In this document: piece after piece, positions 33,322 to 42,376 of the stretch
Layout of the letters: every line of letters begins with the position of its first letter
Position numbering within the stretch: position 1 is the stretch's first letter
Assembly: GCA_003555395.1 (NCBI GenBank)
Contig: PWHU01000077.1
Span: forward strand, 1-51,012
Direction: 5' to 3'
Origin: Thermoplasmata archaeon
GTDB lineage: Archaea > Thermoplasmatota > Thermoplasmata > Halarchaeoplasmatales > Halarchaeoplasmataceae
Length of the DNA: 51,012 bases
Notes under the pieces: generated by a model
Told to the model about the DNA's origin: nothing
What the model saw: only the letters and a program-made list of their open reading frames with translations
Database searches by the model: none
Position numbers and translations under genes: made by a program

Positions 33322-33876
33322 TCAGGAAGAAGAATCTACTTTTTCCCAAACGTGCTCCGATCTCTTAGTGGTTTTGAATATAGCGATGGTCAACCAGATC
33401 AAAAAACACAAGCTTAATCCTATGGGTATTAAAGTCAAAATACCGAATGTCAATGCAAAGAGAGTTCCGACCACCCCCACAAAAATCAACAGGATTATGA
33501 GGAGGATACCTCCGATGATCCGTCCATATTTGTTGAAATCCGTTTCAGACTTAGGGTCTTTAGTCTTCACTAGGTCCGCGTGTTTTGTTATCGCGTCATT
33601 CAGACCGACGAATTCTTTCGAGGCCCACTCAGGAAGCCAAATACCTTGATCATCTTTCAGAATCAGATATACTTTTTCAGGATACGGCTCCACACCATAA
33701 TACATCTTCTTGATAGAATCCAAAGGAACGGTTCTCAACTCGCCGTTCTTTCTGAATTTGATAGATTCTGGAGTCATGCTGAAGAGTAACTCGGTTTCGA
33801 CCTTTCTTTTACCCTCTTCTCTTTTGACTGTTCTATCTTCTTTTATCCAGATGTAATCTTCTCCATCTTCCTCCAT
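33322..33876 (-). CDS. Membrane protein with a soluble N-terminal domain (PH-like?) and C-terminal TM helices
   Basis: 184 aa. The N-terminal ~120 aa are charged and soluble, followed by 2-3 hydrophobic helices (IIGGILLIILLIFVGVVGTLFALTFGILTLIPIGLSLCFLIWLTIAIF). Confidence 0.55.
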   Translation of the reverse strand: MEEDGEDYIWIKEDRTVKREEGKRKVETELLFSMTPESIKFRKNGELRTVPLDSIKKMYYGVEPYPEKVYLILKDDQGIWLPEWASKEFVGLNDAITKHADLVKTKDPKSETDFNKYGRIIGGILLIILLIFVGVVGTLFALTFGILTLIPIGLSLCFLIWLTIAIFKTTKRSEHVWEKVDSSS

Positions 33877-33938
33877 TACTATTTCACCTATAGTTGAATA
33901 AATACTGTTTTGTTAAAGGCAGGGTCGTCATTTATTTA

Positions 33939-34298
33939 TTACCCTCCGGGTTCATTATAAACTTCTAACTCTTGGGGTAGAGCGGAAGTACCGTTTTCAT
34001 CGGGCATCAACTCGTGAACTGAATCCACGGCTTCGAGATCTAGAGGTCCGTAGATATGCGGATATTTTTCACCAGACATATACAGATCTTCATAAACTAA
34101 GTCCGAAGACAGCTTCTTTTCGTCTATACAGATCAATACAAGATCCTCTTCATCCTTGAAGAGCTTTTCTGCAACTTCTAAAACTTGGGTCAAATCGGAG
34201 CAGTGGATAAACCCGTCAGTTTCTAAGGAATCTGGTTTGTAGACACCCTTTCTCTTCGCTTCTTTCCAGAGTTCTTTCCTCGTTATGTGGGTGATCAT
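33939..34298 (-). CDS. DUF952 family protein
   Basis: 119 aa with the family-typical DGFIHCS, LVLICID and YPHIYGPL. Confidence 0.7.
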   Translation of the reverse strand: MITHITRKELWKEAKRKGVYKPDSLETDGFIHCSDLTQVLEVAEKLFKDEEDLVLICIDEKKLSSDLVYEDLYMSGEKYPHIYGPLDLEAVDSVHELMPDENGTSALPQELEVYNEPGG

Positions 34299-34335
34299 AT
34301 TAGCTCAGGAAGAGTTTGGTGGTATTTGACTTTCT

Positions 34336-35520
34336 TCATCTTATCCCAGGTATCAACGTGAAGAAGGCCCATACTGCGCTGGTGCATCCAACTAAGAGAA
34401 AGATTGTGGTCAAATTTAGGAATATCAAAGATAGACCGATCAGGAGCGGCGCGGTGGTCATACCTACGTACTTCATGGTGTTGAATATAGATATCACTGA
34501 TCCGGTAAGATCTGGTGGAGACAATCGGGTGACCCTGTTGTAGATAGTGGGAGAAACTATACCCATACCTATGCCGTAGGTGATGAAACTGAAGCTGACG
34601 AGGTAACTCCCTATGGGCCAGAGAGGCAGCATCAAAAAACACAGGCCGATGAGGAAGAAACCGAGAGAGGCACGTTTTCGCCAGTCAAGATGATCTGCGA
34701 TAAACGTTGCCTTCGATGCCAGCAAAGCAGAAAAGACGGCCTGTCCGGAGAGTGCTACACCGTTGAATATTTCATCGAAGCCGTGGATATGGGTGAGGTA
34801 TAAAGGCAGGTAAGTGACCAAAGCGTATAGGAAAAAAAAGAGGATGAAAGAATGTACCATTATATTGCGTATTTTTTTTATCTTCAAAGTGGAGAAGAGA
34901 GACGACAGATATTCTGAGGGGCTTTGAGACACTTGGTTTTTCGTTTCCGGTTTGGTTTCGGCTATCACGAAGTAAAATGATATGGCTAAAAAAATTGAGA
35001 ATCCGTAAACCGCGAAAACCAATTTCCAGTTTATCGACGCTAGCACACCTCCGATCAGGGGGATCACCGCCGCACCGAGGGCTATGGTCCCGGAAAGGTA
35101 GCCCATGAGTTGGAGTCTCCGATCACCAGAAAAAAGGTCACCGATCACCGTCATGGCGACCGGCACCAGTCCCGCGATGCCTACACCCTGCATGAACCTC
35201 ATCAGTAACAGTATGGAAAAATTCGGTGCCATTATGATGGCTAACCCAGCGGCCCCGTCTATAAGGAGGCAGGTGATCCCTACTTTTTTGCGGCCGACGC
35301 GATCGATCAAATAACCGATCAAAGGAAGACTGATCGCCGCCGACAGAGTGTATATACTCAGTATCAAACCTACCTGCTCTTCCGGAGCGTCGAAGGCTTC
35401 GCCTATAGTAGGTAATCCCGGGGCCACCAAACCGCCGCCCATGACCCCGAAGGCTCCCATCAAGAGGAGAATCCCCACAACGAATACTGAAAATTTTCTC
35501 TCATCGGTATACAAAACCAT
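34336..35520 (-). CDS. MFS transporter
   Basis: About 12 TM helices, with the MFS loop motif GYLIDRVGRKK between TM2 and TM3. ATG 35520 (GTG 35523 alternative). Confidence 0.8.
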   Translation of the reverse strand: MVLYTDERKFSVFVVGILLLMGAFGVMGGGLVAPGLPTIGEAFDAPEEQVGLILSIYTLSAAISLPLIGYLIDRVGRKKVGITCLLIDGAAGLAIIMAPNFSILLLMRFMQGVGIAGLVPVAMTVIGDLFSGDRRLQLMGYLSGTIALGAAVIPLIGGVLASINWKLVFAVYGFSIFLAISFYFVIAETKPETKNQVSQSPSEYLSSLFSTLKIKKIRNIMVHSFILFFFLYALVTYLPLYLTHIHGFDEIFNGVALSGQAVFSALLASKATFIADHLDWRKRASLGFFLIGLCFLMLPLWPIGSYLVSFSFITYGIGMGIVSPTIYNRVTRLSPPDLTGSVISIFNTMKYVGMTTAPLLIGLSLIFLNLTTIFLLVGCTSAVWAFFTLIPGIR

Positions 35521-35681
35521 CACTCCTCGCAGTACTAAAGGATCCGCAAGATATACTGCGGATGAAAATAAACATCAGATACATATTAAATTTACGATAA
35601 AGAAAGCGATCATTTCAACTTGACTACCGCATTCCAGTAAAAATCAAAAAAGATTAAATCCTATACAGTACTTGGTGAACT

Positions 35682-36902
35682 ATGCATCTCGAAATTCCTT
35701 ATGCGGGTGAAAATGTAACCGTAGATATAGACGAAGGAAAAGTCAACGCCGTCCTTTATCCAAAAGAAGTTGATAAAAAGGACGAGGCGGAAGTGATCTT
35801 GGAAGCACTTGAGAGTCCCCTCGGTAAACCTAGATTTTCTGATTTCATCGGTGATGGTACTCTTTTCATAGTCAACGACGCCACGAGACCGACCCCTACG
35901 TCTCGGGTTTTAGAGTTGATGAAAGAGGAGATAGAGGGACACGAAGTTGAATTCATCGTTGCAACTGGCTCCCATCGTGAACCAACGGAGGAAGAATATT
36001 CACATATATTCGGCGGACTATACGAGACTGAAAAAGATCACATCTATCATCATGACGCGAAGAAGGACGAGATGGAGGACTACGGTAAAACATCTAGGGG
36101 TACTCCAGTAAAATTCAACAGGAGGATCTGCGAAGCGGAGAACGTAGTGGCGATAAACACGGTCGAGCCGCACTATTTTGCAGGTTTTACCGGGGGTAGA
36201 AAGTCGTTCTTACCGGGGGTGGCGTCATACGAGACCATCACCAAGAATCACGAATTTGCACTCGATGAAAAGGCACAAACCCTAAGTTTGGAAGGCAATC
36301 CTGTCCACGAAGATATGATGGAAGCCATTCAAAAATTTGAAGGCGAGGTGTTCGCACTCAACATGACCCTGGATAAAGATAGAGACATCCATAGCGCTTC
36401 TGCCGGCGGCATCGAAGAGTCTTTCATGAAAGAGGTGGAAGTCGCCAAAGAACTGTTCGGCGTTCCTATTGAACAGAGATCGGAGGTCGTTCTCACAGCT
36501 TCATATCCCATCGATTTGAATCTATACCAGAGTCATAAAGCTCTTGAGAACGGGAAGCTCGCGCTGAAGGAAGGAGGCATCATCATCCTAGTTTCCGCCT
36601 GTCCCGAAGGTATAGGGCCTAGAAACTTCTACGATCTCATGGCATCCATGGATGACCCGGAGAAGGTAAAAAGGAAGATCGAAGAGGGCTACAAGTTAGG
36701 TTACCACAAAGCCGCTAAGATGGCCGAACTTTGTTCGGATTCATGCATATGGTGCGTGACCGAATTGGACGAAAAGAAGATGAAGGCGGTATTTATGGAG
36801 CGGAAAAAGAGTGTGCAGAAAGCTCTCGACGAAGCCTTAGAGCGAACGGGAGGAAAAGTCACTTTTCTTCCTGAGGGAGGTATGGTAGTTCCTGTTTTGT
36901 AG
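35682..36902 (+). CDS. larA: LarA-like nickel-pincer-dependent racemase/epimerase (DUF2088)
   Basis: VNDATRPTP, ATGSHR, TVEPHYFAGFTGGRKS (cofactor-tethering Lys context), NPVHEDM and GYHKAAKM. 406 aa. Confidence 0.8.
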   Translation: MHLEIPYAGENVTVDIDEGKVNAVLYPKEVDKKDEAEVILEALESPLGKPRFSDFIGDGTLFIVNDATRPTPTSRVLELMKEEIEGHEVEFIVATGSHREPTEEEYSHIFGGLYETEKDHIYHHDAKKDEMEDYGKTSRGTPVKFNRRICEAENVVAINTVEPHYFAGFTGGRKSFLPGVASYETITKNHEFALDEKAQTLSLEGNPVHEDMMEAIQKFEGEVFALNMTLDKDRDIHSASAGGIEESFMKEVEVAKELFGVPIEQRSEVVLTASYPIDLNLYQSHKALENGKLALKEGGIIILVSACPEGIGPRNFYDLMASMDDPEKVKRKIEEGYKLGYHKAAKMAELCSDSCIWCVTELDEKKMKAVFMERKKSVQKALDEALERTGGKVTFLPEGGMVVPVL

Positions 36903-36951
36903 TACAAAAAAAGCCTTTAGGATAATATTTTAAATGACCTTCTAGTGTTAG

Positions 36952-37845
36952 ATGATACAGGCGATGGATATAAGACTAGATAGGAAGGAGATCTTGATCG
37001 TAACCGTGATCCTCCTACTGCTCTTGGCTTGGGCTTTAGGGAATATGAGTTCAGCCTATTTTTGGATAGGCGAAGACGAGACCATACTGGAGAGGGAACC
37101 GGCGGATCCTGACTATGAAGGAAGTACTACAGCCCCTTTTGCTACCGATATCCCCGATGTGATGAGGTATGTTTTACCGATTTTTATAGTGGTAGCCGTT
37201 ACGATAGGGAGTTTGCTCTCTACTTCGGAGGATATGAAGGGCCGTATAAAGACGATGATGACCGGTGTAGCCCTGATAATCCTAATATTTTTCCAGAAAC
37301 CCATCATAGGCTTTTTAGAATATTTAGCGGGTTTTAGACGCTTTCTTCCCAGTGTAAGATTTCCATTCAAACCTGATATCCCTTTCGGGGATGGTGCTGA
37401 GCCTTTCTTCTCTCCGGCTAGATCGAACATAGCCAGTTTGATCATACTTATCGTACTCCCCTCTCTTCTCATCATCTTTCTCTTTTATTTCAAACACAAA
37501 AGGTCTACAGATGAAGAAGCCGATGAAGATGATATATCGACTACCGCGGACAAAGCCATAAAGCAGCTGCACGAAGGAGAAGATGTAAGAGACGTGATAA
37601 TCCGGAATTATCAGAAGATGTGTATGATCCTGGAAGAAGAAGGCGTTCCCCAACATGTATCTTACACACCAAGAGAATTAGAAAGGAAGGCCATAGAGAA
37701 ATTAGAATTAAAAGAGAGCACCATCGACGAGATGACGAAGCTGTTCGAAAAGGCGAAATACAGTGACCATCCCCTTGGAGAGGACCAGCGGGATAGAGCT
37801 ATAAAGAACTTCGAACAGATAAAAAGGGAATTGGAGGCCGTATGA
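36952..37845 (+). CDS. Membrane protein with a C-terminal DUF4129 domain
   Basis: Several TM helices, then a cytoplasmic IRNYQKMCMILEEEGVPQHVSYTPRELERKA...FEKAKYSDHPLGEDQRDRA, which resembles DUF4129. Confidence 0.65.
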   Translation: MIQAMDIRLDRKEILIVTVILLLLLAWALGNMSSAYFWIGEDETILEREPADPDYEGSTTAPFATDIPDVMRYVLPIFIVVAVTIGSLLSTSEDMKGRIKTMMTGVALIILIFFQKPIIGFLEYLAGFRRFLPSVRFPFKPDIPFGDGAEPFFSPARSNIASLIILIVLPSLLIIFLFYFKHKRSTDEEADEDDISTTADKAIKQLHEGEDVRDVIIRNYQKMCMILEEEGVPQHVSYTPRELERKAIEKLELKESTIDEMTKLFEKAKYSDHPLGEDQRDRAIKNFEQIKRELEAV

Positions 37846-37846
37846 T

Positions 37847-38467
37847 ATGGTCGCGCCGAGAGTTAGGAATATGTTAGGGATGAAATCCTCTATTTATATA
37901 TTATTTATGAAGCTTATCGGTGTAGCGGTCCTATTGTTTTTGGTTTTTTTTGGGAGGGGTGTCAGGGCCGCCATCCTTGTAACGGTGATGGTGATACCTT
38001 TATGGCTGCTCGTAGAGATGGTGAACGTAGATAGTGAATTCGCTGATCTATGGCAAAGTATCGAAGAGAAAGAAGAATTTTCCGAACTCCCTTTAAAGGA
38101 TGATATGATAAGTTTGAAGAAAGCTAGGAAAGGCCAGAGAGTGAAACAAGCACTCATCGAAGGCAGGATCAAAGAGCAGATTTACCGCCTGATCATGATC
38201 GATCAAAATCTTTCTGATGAGGAACTTCGGGATTTAAAAAAAGATGATGAAGCCCTGGTAGAAAGATTGGATAACGAACTACTTCGGGAATATATCCGGA
38301 AGGCCATAGATCTGAATGATCTGAAGTCGCCTGGTGAAGTAGACGGAACTACCATGTTCTCCGACGAAGGATCAAAAAGAACGGATCAAACTACCAAGGA
38401 GTTCGAAGAAAAGATAAGGGCCGCTATAGAGGAATTAGAAAAGGCTTACGGTATAGAGGAGACGTGA
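37847..38467 (+). CDS. Hypothetical membrane-anchored acidic helical protein
   Basis: 206 aa with two N-terminal TM helices and a charged helical C-terminus. The ATG is 1 nt after the upstream stop. No family recognised. Confidence 0.55.
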   Translation: MVAPRVRNMLGMKSSIYILFMKLIGVAVLLFLVFFGRGVRAAILVTVMVIPLWLLVEMVNVDSEFADLWQSIEEKEEFSELPLKDDMISLKKARKGQRVKQALIEGRIKEQIYRLIMIDQNLSDEELRDLKKDDEALVERLDNELLREYIRKAIDLNDLKSPGEVDGTTMFSDEGSKRTDQTTKEFEEKIRAAIEELEKAYGIEET

Positions 38468-39741
38468 TAGATCAGATGAGAAATAGAAATCTGGTTTATT
38501 TGTTAGGTTTTTTCTTATCGACCCTCGCCCTCGGCCTCACTTTCATGAGCCCTATGCTCTTGATCTTGGCTTTCACTTCAGTTACTATAGTTGCAATAGG
38601 TTATATAGGCCTACCTCCCGACGACGATGCTATAGAGATCAAGAGAGCGAATGAAGAAGCCCATACCTATGAAGGAGAGGATTTCACAGTCGAATTAACG
38701 GTTGAAAATAACGGAAGTTCTAAAGTTTTCCTCGAAGTAAAAGACGAGCTTCCCAAAAATATCAAAGTATTAGAAGGTTCGAATCATCGGCTTCTTTATC
38801 TAGCCGCTGGCGAAGAAAAGAAAATAGAATACAAAATAAAGTTCTTGAAGACGGAAAATTACAGTATCGGTCCGACAAAGATTCGATACATGGACCCTTT
38901 GAAGTTGTTCAAAAAAGATTGGAAATTCGAAAAGAGCTTGAACGTTGTGGCGCTGCCCCCTATCGAAGAATTGAGTCGAACGAAATTGAGGCCCAAGCGC
39001 ACAAAAGGCTGGCTAGGAAATATAAAGTCATCTCAGATGGGAGTGGGTTCGGAGTTCTTCTCCATACGAGAATATTTGGAAGGAGACGAGATGAGAGATA
39101 TCAACTGGAAAGCTACCGCCAGGTATCTAGACCCTAAGAGCAACGCATACGAAAGTGAGAAGAGCGGGGACGTGGTCATCATAGTCGATGCCTTCCACGA
39201 GTCTAACGTAGGCGTATTCGAGGATAACATGTTGAAACATTCTGTTAGGGCTGCAACAAGTTTAGCCTCCGATATGATAGCGGACAGGAATAGGGTGGGT
39301 TTGCTGGTGATAGGAGAATTCGTCAGGTGGGTTTATCCAAAATCTAGCCAGGAACAGATGTACGAGATAATGAACGATCTTATGGATTTGGAGAGCGGAA
39401 GCTACTGGCGGTTGGAGCATGCTAGATACATCCTGGATAAGATATTCCCCAACAGATGCCTGCTGTTCTTCATCTCACCTTTGAACAGTGAAAAAGTAGC
39501 TGAGGCAATAGCGGGATTGGCCATGAAGAGGTACGAGATCGCAGTCCTGTCTCCCTGTCCCGTGGAACTTCAAAAAAGACACATCGATGAAAAAGAGAAG
39601 CTCATGGAAAGATTGCAGCGCATCGAGAGGAACAATCGGATGGCTAGATTGAGAGATTACGGTCCTGTTATAGACTGGGATCCAAAACAACCTTTAGAAG
39701 TCGCGATAGAGGGGGTGAGACGATACCAGATGAGAAGATGA
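38464..39741 (+). CDS. DUF58 domain protein (vWA-like, usually MoxR-associated)
   Basis: Two N-terminal TM helices, an Ig/CARDB-like segment, then the DUF58 signature GSEFFSIREYLEGDEMRDINWKATAR and a vWA-like VVIIVDA. The GTG start overlaps the upstream stop. Confidence 0.8.
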   Translation: MIDQMRNRNLVYLLGFFLSTLALGLTFMSPMLLILAFTSVTIVAIGYIGLPPDDDAIEIKRANEEAHTYEGEDFTVELTVENNGSSKVFLEVKDELPKNIKVLEGSNHRLLYLAAGEEKKIEYKIKFLKTENYSIGPTKIRYMDPLKLFKKDWKFEKSLNVVALPPIEELSRTKLRPKRTKGWLGNIKSSQMGVGSEFFSIREYLEGDEMRDINWKATARYLDPKSNAYESEKSGDVVIIVDAFHESNVGVFEDNMLKHSVRAATSLASDMIADRNRVGLLVIGEFVRWVYPKSSQEQMYEIMNDLMDLESGSYWRLEHARYILDKIFPNRCLLFFISPLNSEKVAEAIAGLAMKRYEIAVLSPCPVELQKRHIDEKEKLMERLQRIERNNRMARLRDYGPVIDWDPKQPLEVAIEGVRRYQMRR

Positions 39742-40340
39742 ACAGAGGAACGATCACCTTTTTAGAGAGTATAGGAGACGAAATGAAAGCATTTTTTGTC
39801 TTGATCTTTTTGATATTGGTTACTACTATATTCCTTTACCCCGCTTTCGTTTGGTATCTTCCCATAACAGGTGCCATCGTATCAGGTCTGGGTGTCCTTC
39901 TAAAGAAAAAGAGTCTTATCGTGATCGGAGTCTTCAGCACGGCGGGAATATTTTATATCCATAGTTTGGATGCCCCTCTCTCTTTTTCGACCATCTTCAT
40001 CATCACGGGGTATTTCATACTCTTTTATGGCAGCATGGTTTACATGGAAGAGCTCATGATGAGAGGTATGATCATGAAGGAAACAAAAGGAGATCTTTCC
40101 GACATGGTGGCAAAGAGTAGATATAGGAAGGAGTGGAACAGGACGCTTTTTGGAAATCTCGTTTTTGGTCTATTTATAGCGTTTATAGGTTCAGTCATCC
40201 TTTGGGCGGGCTCTTTTGATTTCAGTGATTATGTTGATCATCCCATAACATTTATCGCTACGCTTTTTTTCATAATTTTTAGCTTGTTCCTGATCTATGT
40301 GCTGATGATAAAGCTGCCTGAATCCTTCGAGGAGGCCTGA
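39738..40340 (+). CDS. Hypothetical polytopic membrane protein
   Basis: 200 aa with about 5 TM helices. Its ATG overlaps the DUF58 stop (ATGA). Confidence 0.6.
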   Translation: MNRGTITFLESIGDEMKAFFVLIFLILVTTIFLYPAFVWYLPITGAIVSGLGVLLKKKSLIVIGVFSTAGIFYIHSLDAPLSFSTIFIITGYFILFYGSMVYMEELMMRGMIMKETKGDLSDMVAKSRYRKEWNRTLFGNLVFGLFIAFIGSVILWAGSFDFSDYVDHPITFIATLFFIIFSLFLIYVLMIKLPESFEEA

Positions 40341-40356
40341 GAACGGCGTGACCTTT

Positions 40357-40803
40357 TCACCGATAGGAAGGGATCTCTTCTTCAAAAGGATCTCTTTGGA
40401 TCCAGTCCGGTTCGTAACGGAGGATCTTACCTGTATCTTCTTCTCTGATCTCAAAGCTTATCCAAAATTCATCCTCCCCTCCCGGTTCGATCTTATTTGG
40501 AAAGCCGATAACGTCGTGGTAATTGTGGGTATATCCTAGGTCAGTATCGACTTCGAAATCTCGACTAGCGGGATATAGGTCCGACCTATCATCTAAATTC
40601 CTCAAGTGTACTTGTATATATAAAAAGATATGACCGTGAGCGGCCCGATAATTATTCTTATCGTATTCTCTTATCTCAACGTACGATATATTGATCTCGA
40701 CATCGGGATCAGCGGTCACACCACCGTTATCTAAACATCCCATGAAACCTGATACTAGACAGAGGATAAGGATGAGAGATAGGATCTTACATGTCTTATT
40801 CAT
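40357..40803 (-). CDS. Secreted lipoprotein (DUF4352-like Ig fold?)
   Basis: The signal peptide ends in a lipobox-like LVSGFMGC. The mature part is beta-rich and acidic. Confidence 0.6.
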   Translation of the reverse strand: MNKTCKILSLILILCLVSGFMGCLDNGGVTADPDVEINISYVEIREYDKNNYRAAHGHIFLYIQVHLRNLDDRSDLYPASRDFEVDTDLGYTHNYHDVIGFPNKIEPGGEDEFWISFEIREEDTGKILRYEPDWIQRDPFEEEIPSYR

Positions 40804-40942
40804 GACCTCATCTCTATAAGTGATAACGAGCTCAAAGGATAAAAATTTTTTCTATGCTCTTCACACGATAAAACCGATAAGAATACAGGCATATGGGTTT
40901 TCTAAAGTATAAAGAAAGGGGTTCGGCTCGTAAAGAGAGTCT

Positions 40943-41806
40943 TCACTTCTTTTCTATCTCTTTCAAGCCCTTTTTGTTTTCCACCGTTGCGGACTCGTGG
41001 ACCTTGAGTTCTCTTGCCTTGACGGTCTTTATCTTACAGCCTTGACCTATGACCACTTTATTTCCTGTAACACTGTCCGCCTTTGTATTCTCCAGGTAGA
41101 TATCGTCTCCGCTGATGCTCTCGACTTCTAAAGAGCCAGATTTCCCGAAGCCGAAGAAACCTCCGCCGCCGCTTTCAACCATGACGTCTCCACCTTTGAT
41201 CTTTTTTATCTTGGATTTTCCAGAGACCTTCAGAACTACGTCTCCGCTCAGTACCCCCAAGATATTGAATGCTCCCTTGCCGTTCATGGAGGAACAATCA
41301 ACATCGCCTTCGGCTTTGAAGGAACCCGCGGACTCGATGATGTCGATCTTGACACTGTCTTCGAACTTTGAGGCACCGCTCAAGTCTAATTTTTCCCCCT
41401 CGCTCTTTCCCGTCACTTTCAATGCACCGCTGGAATCTAAAGTTCCAAAATAAGCGTTACCCTTTATTTTGGTCGCTCCAGAAACATTCGCTTTATCTGC
41501 TCTGAGATCGCCGTTGACTCTTGAAGCTCCGGCCGCTTTAAAGGTCTCACAGTTGCATCCGTCTATCTCCGAGGCACCAGACATCTTAACTTTTTTTGTT
41601 TTTTTTGGTTCTTCCTTTTCCTTCTCTTCGGAGACATTCTCTAGATCTTTTTCCACTTCTTCCTCGAGCTCTTCGACCAGATCTTCTTCTTCTACTTCTT
41701 CTTTTTCGTGCCTGGAAATGATCTCGTTGTAGAGTTCTTCAGATATCTCTCCCTTCGCCAACCGTTCGTCCAACTTTTTTAACATCTTTTTTTCCATCTT
41801 CGTCAC
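40943..41806 (-). CDS. Bactofilin-like (polymer-forming cytoskeletal) repeat protein with an N-terminal SHOCT-like motif
   Basis: The N-terminus (LKKLDERLAKGEISEELYNEIISRHE) is SHOCT-like and is followed by an acidic linker. Then come repeated short beta-strand units (SGASEIDG, AGASRVNGDL, VSGATKIKGNA, SGALKVTGKS, SGASKFEDSV, ...) typical of bactofilin/DUF583-type beta-helices. GTG 41806 or ATG 41797. Confidence 0.6.
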   Translation of the reverse strand: MTKMEKKMLKKLDERLAKGEISEELYNEIISRHEKEEVEEEDLVEELEEEVEKDLENVSEEKEKEEPKKTKKVKMSGASEIDGCNCETFKAAGASRVNGDLRADKANVSGATKIKGNAYFGTLDSSGALKVTGKSEGEKLDLSGASKFEDSVKIDIIESAGSFKAEGDVDCSSMNGKGAFNILGVLSGDVVLKVSGKSKIKKIKGGDVMVESGGGGFFGFGKSGSLEVESISGDDIYLENTKADSVTGNKVVIGQGCKIKTVKARELKVHESATVENKKGLKEIEKK

Positions 41807-41838
41807 CTTTGTATAGGTATAGATGCGTCAGTATTTAT

Positions 41839-41892
41839 ATCTATCTTGAAAATAATATTAGATAGATTGAACTTTTCATTGGTTAAGTTCAA
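41839..41892. promoter_or_regulatory. Inverted repeats in the divergent promoter region (candidate operators)
   Basis: ATCTATCT (41839..41846) and AGATAGAT (41860..41867) are separated by 13 nt. TTGAAC (41867..41872) and GTTCAA (41887..41892) are separated by 14 nt. They lie between the bactofilin-like gene and the ArsR-type gene. Confidence 0.3.
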
Positions 41893-41938
41893 CTCTCGGG
41901 TTGAAAAACCTATATATCTCCTTTTCCATTACTGAGCG

Positions 41939-42376
41939 ATGAAGGATTTCACCAAAGATATGATAGGCATATTCGGTTCCAAGACCAGGTGCGAGATATT
42001 GGAGATGCTGAGAGAAGGTTACGACCATCCTGACGATCTAGCTGAAGACCTAGAGCTCACAAGGCAGGCCGTAGATAAGCACCTCAAGGTGCTGCACGAA
42101 TGGGGGATGGTGGAAAGGAACGCGGTCTTTCCTCCTGAAGGAAGACCCAAGATCGTGTATGAGATGACCAAGGCGGGTAAAAGATTGATGAACACGATGG
42201 ACAAACTGGCTGAAAGGTATAAAAGTACCATGATAGAGAGAGCTGAATATGAGATCGAAGAGCTGGATATCAAACTAGCTACCGGTGAGCTTTCCGAAAA
42301 GATATACAAGAAGAAAGTGAAGGAGATAAAGGACAGGTGGAATTACCCGGAACTTAAGGGATTAGAAGAAAGATAA
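41939..42376 (+). CDS. ArsR-family winged-helix regulator with a C-terminal SHOCT-like motif
   Basis: RCEILEMLREGYDHPDDLAEDLELTRQAVDKHLKVLHEWGMVER is the wHTH. The C-terminus EELDIKLATGELSEKIYKKKVKEIKD is SHOCT-like. Confidence 0.7.
   Translation: MKDFTKDMIGIFGSKTRCEILEMLREGYDHPDDLAEDLELTRQAVDKHLKVLHEWGMVERNAVFPPEGRPKIVYEMTKAGKRLMNTMDKLAERYKSTMIERAEYEIEELDIKLATGELSEKIYKKKVKEIKDRWNYPELKGLEER

Noticed and set aside
33311-34642. Plus- and minus-strand track ORFs 33311..33649, 33580..33789, 34295..34642 and 34316..34543.
   Set aside because: They overlap better-supported genes (the 33322..33876 membrane protein and the MFS transporter) and have no motifs.
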